DNA of 40,511 nt, from assembly GCF_006345805.1 (NCBI RefSeq), contig NW_021835325.1, positions 1 through 40,511 of the forward strand, written 5' to 3'. Below, piece by piece: positions 12,101-23,133 of this stretch. Source of the stretch: Octopus sinensis (Eukaryota). Numbering within the stretch: the stretch's first letter is position 1; each line of letters begins with the position of its first letter. The notes below the pieces were generated by a model. It was given only the letters and a program-made list of their open reading frames with translations, was not told where the DNA came from and did no database searches. A program made the position numbers and the translations under genes.

Positions 12101-12284
12101 TTAGATTATATAATGTCATGAGAGGATTTGAACTTGGGATGTAAAGAGCCAGAACAAACACTGCAAGGCACTTTTTCAGTTCTCCAATGACTCTGCTAAT
12201 CCTTCCATAAGAATAATTATCCTCACTGATTTAGACACAAAACCAGCAATTTTGAGGGGAAGGAGCTCGTCAATACCTATTTCT

Positions 12285-12510
12285 TTATTACCCACAAGGG
12301 GCTAAACACAGAGGGGACAAACAAGGACAGACATAGGTATTAAGTCGATTACATCGACCCCAGTGCGCAACTGGTACTTAATTTATCGACCCCGAAAGGA
12401 TGAAAGGTAAAGTCGACCTCGGCGGAATTTGAACTCACAACGTAACGGCAGAAGAAATACCGCAAAGCATTTCGCCCGGCGTGCTAACGATTCTGCCAGC
12501 TCGCCACCTT
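12285..12510 (-). mobile_element. tRNA-derived SINE family M, well-preserved copy
   Basis: Reverse complement: AAGGTGGCGAGCTGGCAGAA...GAGTTCAAATTCC...CCTTTCATCCTTTCGGGGTCGATAAATTAAGTACCAG. From memory the central block resembles the Meta-type SINE domain (unverified). A degraded second copy follows at about 12520-12660. Confidence 0.85.
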
Positions 12511-12823
12511 CAATACCATTGACCTAAGTACTCGATTGGTGTCAAATCTCAAGGGACGAAAAGCAAGAGTTGATCTTGGAAGGATTTGAACTCGGAATAG
12601 AATGAGCCTTGACTAAATACTGCAAATCCCTGACTGACACTCTAATGATTCAATCCAGAATAAAAACATAAAAGCATACCTGTTAAGGGATAGCTCCCAT
12701 TTTATGTGATGTATTTATGTGATGCATTCAAAAGCAGGTGTATTGTCTGCACACAATGCATACTCTGTACTGTCCAATACAAAACACAACATATTAAAGA
12801 TCGATAGGACCTAATCCTTATCT

Positions 12824-13208
12824 GTGGAGGTGCAATGACCCAGTGGTTAGGGCAGCGGATTCGCAGTCGTAGGATCGCAGTTTCGATTCCCAGACCGGGC
12901 GTTGTGAGTGTTTATTGAGCGAAAACACCTAAAGCTCCACGAGGCTTCGGCAGGGATGGTGGTGATCCCTGCTGTACTCTTTCACCACAACTTTCTCTCA
13001 CTCTTACTTCCTGTTTCTGTTGTACCTGTATTTCAAAGGGCCGGCCTTGTCACTCTCTGTGTCATGCTGAATATCCCCGAGAACTACGTTAGGGTACACA
13101 TGTCTGTGGAGTGCTCAGCCACTTACATGTTAATTTCACGAGCAGGCTGTTCCGTTGATCGGATCAACCGGAACCCTCGTCGTCGTAACCAACGGAGTGC
13201 TTCCATCC
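12824..13208 (+). mobile_element. SINE family B (tRNA-Arg-like head), full length with target-site duplication
   Basis: A-box-like TGACCCAGTGG and B-box GTTTCGATTCC; flanking AATCCTTATCT (12813-12823) and AATACTTATCT (13209-13219). Other copies show a CTCGCGG loop (anticodon TCG), consistent with the tRNA-Arg-derived OR-type SINEs known from octopus. Confidence 0.92.
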
Positions 13209-13684
13209 AATACTTATCTCTTGTTTGTCTAGTATTAATAAAATGTGATATATAATTCCCTTTATGATACAACACATGACTTACACAGGTAACTTTTTCT
13301 GCAATGCAAACTTGCCAATAAAAGGCAACGTATGCCATGTCAGCTTTACAGTATCACTGCTACACATGGCAGATTAAGTTATAAAATGCAAGACAGCACA
13401 TGCAGCACATGTGAAACACAAACACCACTCAACAAAATAACACCGCTTGTATTGCACACACTCTGCATAACAAACAGACAAAGCATTAAACTAACATCAG
13501 ATGCAACAAAGTAAAACAGATGTTGCATACAAACACTGTTCTAAAACTTTCCAAATACGATGCTGTATGCACCTCAGAAACATTAATGTGCACCTGGTGT
13601 TGCAACAGAAACTTGCATGAAACTGTTGAACACATGACGATGACAACGATGACAATGATGATAATGATAATAATAGTTGCTTTA

Positions 13685-13949
13685 TTAACCCTTTCACAAC
13701 CGAATTTCAAATTAACTACTCTGCCTATGTGCTTCAATTGATTTTGAAAAACAATTAGGATTTCGGAAAGATTTAGTAAAAATAACTAACCTTAGTCATT
13801 ATGAAGCAGGTGTTTGGAACATACTTTAACAAAGGGGACTTAAATTAAGATGGAAGGTTTTAATTTAAATATGAACTCTTTAAAATTGGCTATTTTGTAT
13901 CAGGGAACAAGAAGCGGGTTCCCAGGTGGGTTGGTGTCAAAAAGGTTAA
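13685..13949. mobile_element. TTAA-flanked piggyBac-like MITE
   Basis: TTAA-CCCTTT start and AAAGG-TTAA end, degenerate TIRs; a related sequence lies at 32307-32530. Confidence 0.68.
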
Positions 13950-14074
13950 TCCAAAGAAGAAATAAAAAAAAAAAAAATTAAAAATAATGTTGAAAATAAA
14001 ATATGTATGAACGACAATCCACCATGTCAGTTGATTCTCCAATAAAAAAACTTTTTCATTAATTGTCACTAGCT

Positions 14075-14210
14075 TAGTTATTGTTGTTGCTGTTGCTGTT
14101 GAGCGAAGTGGTCTTCGTCCTAGAGCTTGCAGTGGGAGAAGTCTGAATCGTGGTCCTTTGCTATTCCTAAGACCCGCAGAAGAGAAAGCCGATGAGGCCT
14201 TGAGATATAT
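14075..14210 (-). mobile_element. Probable retroelement 3' end with (CAA/CAG)n tail
   Basis: GC-richer 110-bp block ending in CAACAGCAACAACAA on the minus strand. Confidence 0.45.
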
Positions 14211-14301
14211 ATATATATATATATAAGTAACTCATTTATAACTGCATATTACTTCAATACATCTGACTAATTTGAGCATAATGAGATACTCTTATCTACA
14301 G

Positions 14302-14313
14302 GCTGAAACAGCT
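14302..14313 (+). CDS. Candidate 12-nt microexon (LKQL in chain frame) of an unidentified gene
   Basis: TACTCTTATCTACAG|GCTGAAACAGCT|GTAAGA; phase 2 to 2, compatible with 14914-14929. Confidence 0.35.
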
Positions 14314-14817
14314 GTAAGATCCATTTTATATTTATATGTATTGTTCTTATGGTATTATCTTACTTATTGATGTGTACTGCTTTATTCTGTATTATTCTGT
14401 TTGATCTGGATGTTCCTAAATAATTAGTTAATAAATTATATGAATTGGTATTATCTAGTAGTTGATGATTGTAAGTAATCTATTCCTCCATTTTCTTATT
14501 TTGTATTATGAATTTGAGGTAAAACATTTTACCTTCGCCCATATAATACAAAAAATGAATTAATTGCATTGCAATTCTTAGCATTTATGTATTAGCCTTT
14601 CTGGGTACTTTACTGGCAGTATATTGGATAAATGATATCCCATAGTGGGTTACACTCATAACCCCTATCTCCCTTTGTAATATATATATATATATATATA
14701 GCAATTAAGGACAACTACTTAATAAGGAAAACTTAACAAGAAATTGTCAGGTAGATAGCGTAAAAACCTCATAAGAGAAAAAATTTCGAAAATAATTATT
14801 TCTTATTGAACATATTA

Positions 14818-15101
14818 ATTTATATATAGAGGGCATTATACATACATGCCAGGAGGCATTGTATATACATGCCAAACGCTAAGAGGGTCGTTGTTTATTT
14901 ATAATACATTCAGGCCTGCTGATGATTACGTAAGTATGAAATCACTGTGATACAGGTCTATATTTTTAAATGTCTTACTTTGAAAAATTGCATTCGGTGG
15001 GATTAGTAATATTTTTGGTAGAAATGACTGATTGTCCCTCTTAGCGTTTGGCATGTATATACAATGCCTCCTGGCATGTATGTATAATGCCCTCTATATA
15101 T

Positions 15102-15105
<4 letters not shown>
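14818..15105. repeat. Perfect 70-bp inverted repeat with 148-bp spacer
   Basis: 14818-14887 is the exact reverse complement of 15036-15105; each arm holds two tandem GGCATT(A/G)TA(C/T)ATACATGCCA subunits. Confidence 0.96.
14914..14929 (+). CDS. Candidate 16-nt microexon (PADDY)
   Basis: TTGTTTATTTATAATACATTCAG|GCCTGCTGATGATTAC|GTAAGT; consensus donor; phase 2 to 0. Confidence 0.4.
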
Positions 15106-15132
<27 letters not shown>

Positions 15133-15134
<2 letters not shown>

Positions 15135-15297
15135 CATGGGCTTCATTCAGTTTCTGACTACCAAATCCACTCACAAGGTGTTGGGCGGCCCGAGGCTACA
15201 GTAGAAGACACTTTGCCCAAGGTGCCATGTAGTGGGACTGAACCCAGAACCATGTGGTCGAGAAGCAAGCTTCTTACCATACAGTCACTCCTGTGCC

Positions 15298-15300
<3 letters not shown>
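15133..15300 (-). mobile_element. SINE family A 5' half
   Basis: Reverse complement of head and core. Confidence 0.88.
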
Positions 15301-15338
<38 letters not shown>

Positions 15339-15444
15339 TTAAGATTCAATTGAATTAGGTACTCAAGTTAAGGCACCAGGTCAGTCCAGTATTATCCGCA
15401 CACCTTGAAGTAAGGTGAATAAAAAACAAATAAGTAACAAGGAT

Positions 15445-15624
15445 AGGCGTAGGAGTGGCTGTGTGGTAAGTAGCTTGCTTACCAACCACATGGTTCCGGG
15501 TTCAGTCCCACTGAGTGGCACCTTGGGCGAGTGTCTTCTACTATAGCCTCGGGCCGACCAAAGCCTTGTGAGTGGATTTGGTAGACGGAAACTGAAAGAA
15601 GCCTGTTGTACATATGTATATATA

Positions 15625-15664
<40 letters not shown>

Positions 15665-15706
15665 TGTGTTTGTCCTCTCAACATCGCTTGACAACTGATG
15701 CTGGTT
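15445..15706 (+). mobile_element. SINE family A, 3'-truncated
   Basis: Head, core, (TG)n, then stops after GCTTGACAACTGATGCTGG. Confidence 0.9.
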
Positions 15707-15974
15707 GTAAGTGATGTAAAGATGAGATAGAAGGAGATAGACTAACATTGAATAAGGAGAGGAGAGAAACATTAAAAAAGATAAAATTAAAAAACGAACC
15801 AAAGGTGGAGAGTGAGAGAATGAATGAGGGGTTGTTGGTTGTACAGAGAAAGTAGGGAGATCAAGGACAAAGATCAGAGAAGGAGAGAGTGAGAGAGAGA
15901 GAGAGAGCGAAAGATGGAGAAGGAGAGAGAGGTGAAGAGGGGGAGAGAGAGTGCAAGGAGAAAGAGAGTGAGTG

Positions 15975-16562
15975 TGCCTGTATATAATTGTATGTGCATG
16001 CGTGTGTGTGTGTGTGTGTATATGATTGTATGTGAGTGTGTGTATGTGATTGTATGTGTATATGTGATTGCGTAGGTGTGTGATTGTGTGTGTGCATGTG
16101 TATGTGATTGTGTGTGTGATTGTATGTGTGTGTGTGTGCGTGATTGTGTGTGTATGTGCATGTGTGTGTGTATATGATTGTATGTGAGTGTGTGTATGTG
16201 ATTGTATGTGTATATGTGATTGCGTAGTGTGTGATTGTGTGTGTGCATGTGTATGTGATTGTGTGTGTGATTGTATGTGTGTGTGTGTGCGTGATTGTGT
16301 GTGTATGTGCATGTGTGTGTGTATATGATTGTATGTGAGTGTGTGTATGTGATTGTATGTGTATATGTGATTGCGTAGGTGTGTGATTGCGTAGGTGTGT
16401 GATTGTGTGTGTGCATGTGTATGTGATTGTATGTGTATATGTGATTGCGTAGGTGTGTGATTGTGTAGGTGTGTGATTGTGTGTGTGCATGTGTATATGA
16501 TTGTATGTGTGTGTGTGTTTATGTGATTGTGACTGTGTGTGTGTATGTGATTGTGTGTGTGT
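15975..16562. repeat. Higher-order minisatellite built from GTGATT(GT)n units
   Basis: TATGATTGTATGTGAGTGTG recurs at 16021, 16173 and 16324 (period about 151-152 bp); source of the HTHT ORFs. Confidence 0.9.
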
Positions 16563-17070
16563 GCGTTATGAAGAAATTGCAGTTCTCAAGAAATCAGACC
16601 TCAGGTGATATGACCAGAGACCATCTCATATGTTTTGGTTTATAATTGGTAAAGATGATTCTTTCATCTGATGAGTTTCTCGACAACAAAAACAACAACA
16701 ACAACAACAACAACAAACTACAAAAGTATTCACATTGAGTTATGTACAAAGATTAAGACAAACACACTCAAAATAAAATACTGAGAATATGAAATAAAAA
16801 TAACTGGAAATACTGAAAGAAGCAAAGCATTTCCAAAACCAATCAAAATCAAGAAAAATAGACGAATGTGCTCCAGCAGAGGCCACAACCTTTGGGCTGA
16901 AATGCATATATATATATCTCAAGTCATATGCAAGCATAAACACGGACTCCTAGATAAAAAGCAAAGCTCAATAGCAAACAAGTATTGAATGCAGAAATAC
17001 ATTCACATGTGCATATTTACATATATACATATATGAATGAATGTGTGTATGCGTGTGCGTGTGTCTGCTA

Positions 17071-17103
<33 letters not shown>

Positions 17104-17233
17104 TGTAAGGGAGGAACAGAGGTATGCATACATACACATTTACATCACATAGCATCATATCTTCATGCAAATACAAAAGTTCTCTTAGAAGAAAAACGTA
17201 CAAGCTTCTATGAGCAAGCATACACACACACAC

Positions 17234-17265
<32 letters not shown>

Positions 17266-17673
17266 GAAGATACACACACATGAAGATACACACACATGAA
17301 AATACACACATGAAAACAAGCATATTTTTGAAAATGTAACTGGAGGTTTTTTGGGGTTTTTTAAAAAATTTATTTTTATTTTATTTTATTTCATTTTATT
17401 TTAGTTATTTATTTATTTCTGAAATTTTTTTAAAAGAGTCGCACGAGATTTTTAAAGATTTCTTCTCTGAAGGCCAGCAATTATCCCAATTGGTTTTAGA
17501 GTAAGATTCATAAAAAGCGAAAGTTAAGAATAAAAATATCCCCTCCATAAAAAAAAAATAGAAAAACAACATGGTGCATATAAAAAAAAAGAAGAGAATA
17601 TGATAAAGAGAAAAACAATACATATACACATACATATATACATATGTATATACATATAGTGTGTATATATATA

Positions 17674-17711
<38 letters not shown>

Positions 17712-17732
17712 TATATATATATATAGTGTGTG

Positions 17733-17764
<32 letters not shown>

Positions 17765-17770
17765 TATATA

Positions 17771-17811
<41 letters not shown>

Positions 17812-18306
17812 GACACTCATTTATTTATTTATTTTGGGAGAACTGTGACTATCATAACGAGGAATCATTATACATTCCTTGTTGATTCCCTATCAGTGAA
17901 ATGTAACCTGAAGCATATTGGTATACGTTAAACAAACACCAAACTTTAATATCATTGTTTCATATATGAGGATCTCTCTCTGTCTCTAACTTACTGCTTC
18001 TGTCTCTCTCTATCCCTCTAACTGCCTGTCTCTCTCTCTCTCTCTCTCTCTTTGTATCTCTCTCTCACTGTTTTTCTTTCCCTTTATTTTCTATCAAGAT
18101 TTTTTTTTTGTTTTTGTTTTAATATTCTTTTGAAACTAAAGAAAAAGATGAACTCTCTTTATCAATGCAGTTTGATTCAATGTTTGGTGATGAAGTTGAT
18201 GTTAGCAGCAATTTAGGGTCAGATAAAAGTGATTTTTGGTATTTACTTACATTCCTATAGATCCTGAGTTCAAACTCCATCAATATCTAGTTTGTAGTTT
18301 ATCATT

Positions 18307-18805
18307 GTGGAGTCACAATGGCCCAGTGGTTAGGGCAGCGAACTTGAGGTAGTAGGATCGCAGTTTTGATTCCCAGATCGGGCATTGTGAGTGTTTATTG
18401 AGCGAAAACACCTAAAGCTCCACAAGGCTCCAACAGGGCATGGTGGTGAACCCTGCTGTACTCTTTCACCACAACTTTCTCTCACTCTTGCTTCCTGTTT
18501 CTGTTGTACCTGTATTTCAAAGGGCCAGCCTTGTCACACTCTGTGTCATGCTGAATCTCTCCGAGAACTACATTAAGGGTACACGTGTCTGTGGAGCGCT
18601 CAGCCACTTGCATGTTAATAAATGAGCTGCAACGTCACTGGTGCCAAGATGTATCGGCCTTTGCCTTTCCCTTGGATAACATCGGTGGCATGGACAGGGG
18701 AGGCTGGGATACGTGGGTGACTGCTGGTCTTCCATAAACAACCTTGCCCAGACTTGTGCCTCGGAGGGTAACTTTCAAGGTCATTCATGACTGAAGGGGG
18801 TCACA
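18307..18805 (+). mobile_element. SINE family B head and body joined to a third type of 3' tail
   Basis: Matches family B to ...CAGCCACTTGCATGTTAAT (about 18617), then diverges into a tail ending GGTCATTCATGACTGAAGGGGGTC. Confidence 0.82.
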
Positions 18806-20045
18806 AGTTTATCATTACAGGACTGATCGGGTGTGTGTGTGGTGGTGGTGGGGGGCAGGGTCAATAAAAAAGTACCAGTAAAAAAATAGGTCAATAAAAT
18901 TAATTGTCTCCTCTCCCTAATTTTGAAGTATGGTTGCCATTTGTGAGGCATGTTTTCCTGCAGCTTGTCCCTTTAATAAAGCTGTAGTCCTGGATCAAGC
19001 AAATACCAAAATTTCACACCTGGCTACTGATCTACTGTCAGGTACTCACAGTTCCTTTTCAGTAAAGCAGCATAGCCAGAGGTATGCAACCTTTGCATCT
19101 TGTAGAGCTTTGGTGGTGGGCTAGAGAGCATTTAGGTTCTTGAGCAGATTCTGGATTGTCAATAAATTGCAAAGGTCAACAGAAGTGCCTATTTTGGAAG
19201 ACTTTCAGCCTAAGAATTATGGACAATTTTCAGGAATCCCTGTCATAACAGTGCTACTGAGAGGGATTGCCAATTCAAAATAGACTTTCCAGGTTAGATA
19301 ACGCCAATGTTCAGGCATATCCAAGATGCACTCAGGTAATGAAACTATTCTACATAATTGTTCAGCGTCCAAGGACAACTTGCTCACAGATTTGTTAAAC
19401 AGTTGTTATGTTGAAGATGAATCTGATTTTCAGCCAACTTCCCTTTGAAGATCACTCTGCTGCCTTCCTTTTTGTCAAGAAGATCAAGCAGTTTTCTCAT
19501 GTCTAGTGGTCATGCTGAAAGGAATTATAAAGTGCACAAGGTTGGAAAGCTCAAAGACAAATATCACTTGGTGTATTGTATTTCTGATGTACCAAGTATG
19601 GCAAGGGTATTTCAGTAACTTGGTTCAGAACAAATATAACTGAGGACACAATTCACAAATGAAGTTTCATATATTTATTTATGTATATTTTTATTTAGTT
19701 TTACCTGTGTCAGTCATTGAACTGTGGCCATGCTGTGGTACCACCTTGAAGGGTTTTGTCTGGTTCCACTCTGAGTTGGCTTGGTTTCTATGGCTAGACG
19801 GTCTTCCTAATGCCAAACACTTTACAGAGTGTACTGGGTGGTTTTAATGTGGCACTGGCATGAATGCTCTTACATGGTGCCAGCATGAGAGCTTACCATG
19901 TTGCATAAGTGCTTTTTTATGTGGAATTGAAACAGGACTCTTGCAACCCAGTCCTTTTCATCAGGGGGAGCAGCACACACACACACACACACCACCACAC
20001 ACACACACATATATATATATACACATATATATATACACACACACA

Positions 20046-20091
<46 letters not shown>

Positions 20092-20138
20092 ATATTATAT
20101 ACATGTGTATATATATATGTATGTGCATATATATATAT

Positions 20139-20285
20139 AGGAGTGGCTGTGTGGTAAGTAGCATGCTTATGACCCACATGGTTCTGGGTTCAGTCTCACT
20201 GCATGGTACCGTGGGCTAGTGTCTTCTACTATAGCCTTAGGCCAACCAAAGCCTTGTGAGTGGAAACTGAAAGAAGCCCGTTGTA
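20139..20285 (+). mobile_element. SINE family A 5' half with internal deletion
   Basis: GGAGTGGCTGTGTGGTAAG...GTGAGTGGAAACTGAAAGAAGCCCG. Confidence 0.85.
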
Positions 20286-20441
20286 TATGTGTATATATAT
20301 ATATATAGTTTGATTTGAAAACCCCACTAGAATGGGAGAAAGCGCTAATACATGATCTAAGTTATATGATGTATAAAAAATGTAATATACAAATAAATAT
20401 CTGTAAATATAAACCATCCAATTTTCTGAGTACCTCATTTC

Positions 20442-20476
<35 letters not shown>

Positions 20477-21946
20477 GCATGTGTATATATGTGTATGTTT
20501 GGGTATACAGATACTGTATGTATGTACGCATTCACACGTACATTAAGTAGTGAAGGAAATAAGAAAAAAATTCAAAGTTTCCTTTGTGGCAAAACACTTG
20601 ACAGTATAACAAAACTGCTGACTAATTATTAAAAATCTTAATTAATATTGAAATATAATGAACACACAAGCAAAAGAAAAAAAATCAAAAACAAGCTCCA
20701 AAACAAAACAAACTCCCCTCCCCCAATACACAACAATGATAGTGTGAACATACGGTGGGGGGGGGGAAATGACAACAACAGTTGGAATGTGATAATCACG
20801 CAATCGTACAATACGATGGAATTGTACTAGTCAGGTGGAAATGGGAAAATTTCTAGAAGAGAGAGAAGATAAAAGATTTGGTAACAAATGTAAGAATTCA
20901 GAGCTTTGTATGTGCGTGTGGTATTGATATGCGACATCACAATGGAGACAGTGGAATTTTTTTTGGTATATATTAGGTACATGTGAGTTAGTGGCGTGTG
21001 TGTATGTACATGGGTGTGTATATATGTATTTTGTGTGTGTGTGTGTCTAGCATGCATGTGTGTGTGTGTATATGTGTGCATGTGTATATATAAATATATA
21101 TATATATATATATACATATATATGTATGTATATATATATTTGTATGTATATATATATTTCATGAATTGTGCATTTTATCATGTGTACATATTATATCTAA
21201 CATACATGCATGAAACACAAACGACTTATGATATATATATATATACATACATACGCACACACACACACACACACTGGTACGAATGCACATAAAATCATTT
21301 ATGCTTTCTTATAAAACTGTATTTGTCAACCACACACACATCCATTCAAGAAATCTAAAAGAAAGACAAAGAAATAATGAAGATAAAACTCTGAAAATTA
21401 CTAAGTTGACTCAATCTCTTGTATATTTGAGCTTTGTTAATACAGAAGGAGAGAGCAAGGGGGAGAGAGAGCAAGAGGGAGAGAGAGCAAGAGGGAGAGA
21501 GAAAATGCGACAGAGAAACTATGTTGTCTGATAGCAATGATCAAGCAGAATATACTGATGGTGTTGGGGGATGTAAGAAAAAGGAAAATAGTGTGTGTTT
21601 GTGTGTGTCCGTGTATGTACGAATGTATATGTATGTGTGCATGTGAGATCTTTGCTAAAGTAGCAGGTAAGTTATAGAAGTCTTTACTCATTCCATAAAG
21701 ATTTCCATGATATATTTTTGTTGTGACACAATGCATAATCAGTCAAAAAATGTAAAGAATTATCATACATCATCATCATTATCAACTGCAGCACCATACT
21801 CTTCTTTTAACAAGATGACACAGAATTGCTTTACTTCAAGTTTCACAGGAGTAAGCAAAAGAAAAACAACAAAAGACTAAAAGTAAAAAAACTCAATTCC
21901 TGATTGTTTTGTTGCCTGCTCTGAGCAATAAGACATCTACATGTAA

Positions 21947-22088
21947 AAGGCAGCGAGCTGGCAGAAACATTAGCATGCCGGGCAAAATGCTTAGTGGTAT
22001 TTCGTCTGCCGCTACATTCTGAGTTCAAATTCCCCTGAGTTCGACTTTGCCTTTCATCCTTTCGAGGTCAATAAATTAAGTACCAGTT
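21947..22088 (+). mobile_element. SINE family M copy
   Basis: GCGAGCTGGCAGAAAC...GAGTTCAAATTCC...GCCTTTCATCCTTTCGAGGTCAATAAATTAAGTACCAG. Confidence 0.85.
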
Positions 22089-22091
22089 AAT

Positions 22092-22353
22092 GAAATCTCA
22101 AAGTTATTAGATAATATATAATCAATTGAAAAACTATGTGAATAAATAAGCATTACATTCGATATAATAATCTGTGTTTTATATTCAGACCAGACAGATC
22201 AGGCCTCTTGCACCTACCCTACAATGACATTCTAAAAACAAGCACTCACATCATTAATATCTTGAAGCTACCGGATAATGAATGATAGATTTAAAACAAC
22301 GTAAATGAATAAGCATTACATTAGACAAAATAAGCTGAGTAGTAAAGGGTTAA
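22092..22353. mobile_element. TTAA-ended MITE remnant, same family as 11575-11708
   Basis: Ends AAAGGGTTAA; internal repeat (T/G)AAT(A/G)AATAAGCATTACATT occurs twice. Confidence 0.55.
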
Positions 22354-22481
22354 TATATGATGTTAAGGGTATATTCTGTAACTTAATATATGTTATGTGT
22401 TGAAGATAGCAAGCTGGCAGAATCATTAGCTCACTGGTGAAAATGCTTAACAACATTTCATCTATCACTGTTAGCAAAGAA

Positions 22482-22673
22482 TCAAAGTAACTGGTCTTTC
22501 TGTTTTTTTATGCCATAAACTGGCAAAGATCCAACGTTGTATAATTCACACAATCTTTTCACAGACACACCGCTGTCAAATTTTTTCAATAGTTCAACAT
22601 TTTCTTTTAAGAACAATGTATGGTGTTTACACTTTACACTATGAGAAGCACTTCCTTTATGCCTTGGAACCAT
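22482..22673 (-). mobile_element. Tigger/pogo transposase N-terminal CENP-B-type HTH relic
   Basis: VKCKHHTLFLKENVELLKKFDSGVSVKRLCELYNVGSLPVYGIKKQKDQLL* matches the Tigger/Jerky pattern KRK..LT..EK......G.S...L...Y.VG.STV.DIKK; truncated. Confidence 0.85.
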
Positions 22674-23133
22674 GACTGGGACTAAAAATGGTATGATAAT
22701 TAATGAAAAAAACCAAACTGTAAAGGCCTGCCTTTGTTTACAAACGGTACGTGTGTGTTTATGCAGCAAGTAACACCAACAAATCATAGTGGCCAGTTGG
22801 TGTGGCGACCTGGGAAATTTGAAATTATTTGAAATTTTTCTAACCAAAATTAGTGCCGGATTACTGATTTTACCACTTTACAGGTTGATGGATTAGTGAC
22901 AGTCTATGCCTCTTAATCTCTACTCATCTCTTATATTCATGCATATCTGTTCATACAACATAACGCAAACATAAATACACGCATACACACAACAGGTCTT
23001 CACATAGTTTCCATCTACCAATCTCACTGAGAAGGCATCAGTCAGCTGGAGGCTACAGTAGGAAAATCATGCCATGGCAGGAAGACCAAAATCAAAACCA
23101 ATTCATTGTCTAAACTATGCCGCTCTTATAAGA

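Noticed and set aside
12824-12900. tRNA-like cloverleaf with A and B boxes (also 29340-29420)
   Set aside because: It continues directly into SINE body sequence and the stems are imperfect; not called as a tRNA gene.
12908-13255. Recurrent ORFs containing PAVLFHHNFLSLLLPVSVVPVFQRAGLVTLC
   Set aside because: A frame of the family B SINE body, not a gene family.
21815-21850. 36-nt exon candidate (TTTTAACAAG|...|GTAAGC), plus similar ones at 5241-5279, 17474-17501 and 26461-26480
   Set aside because: Splice-like sites occur often by chance in AT-rich DNA, and these are not needed for, or not phase-anchored to, the main chain. Not supportable without RNA data.
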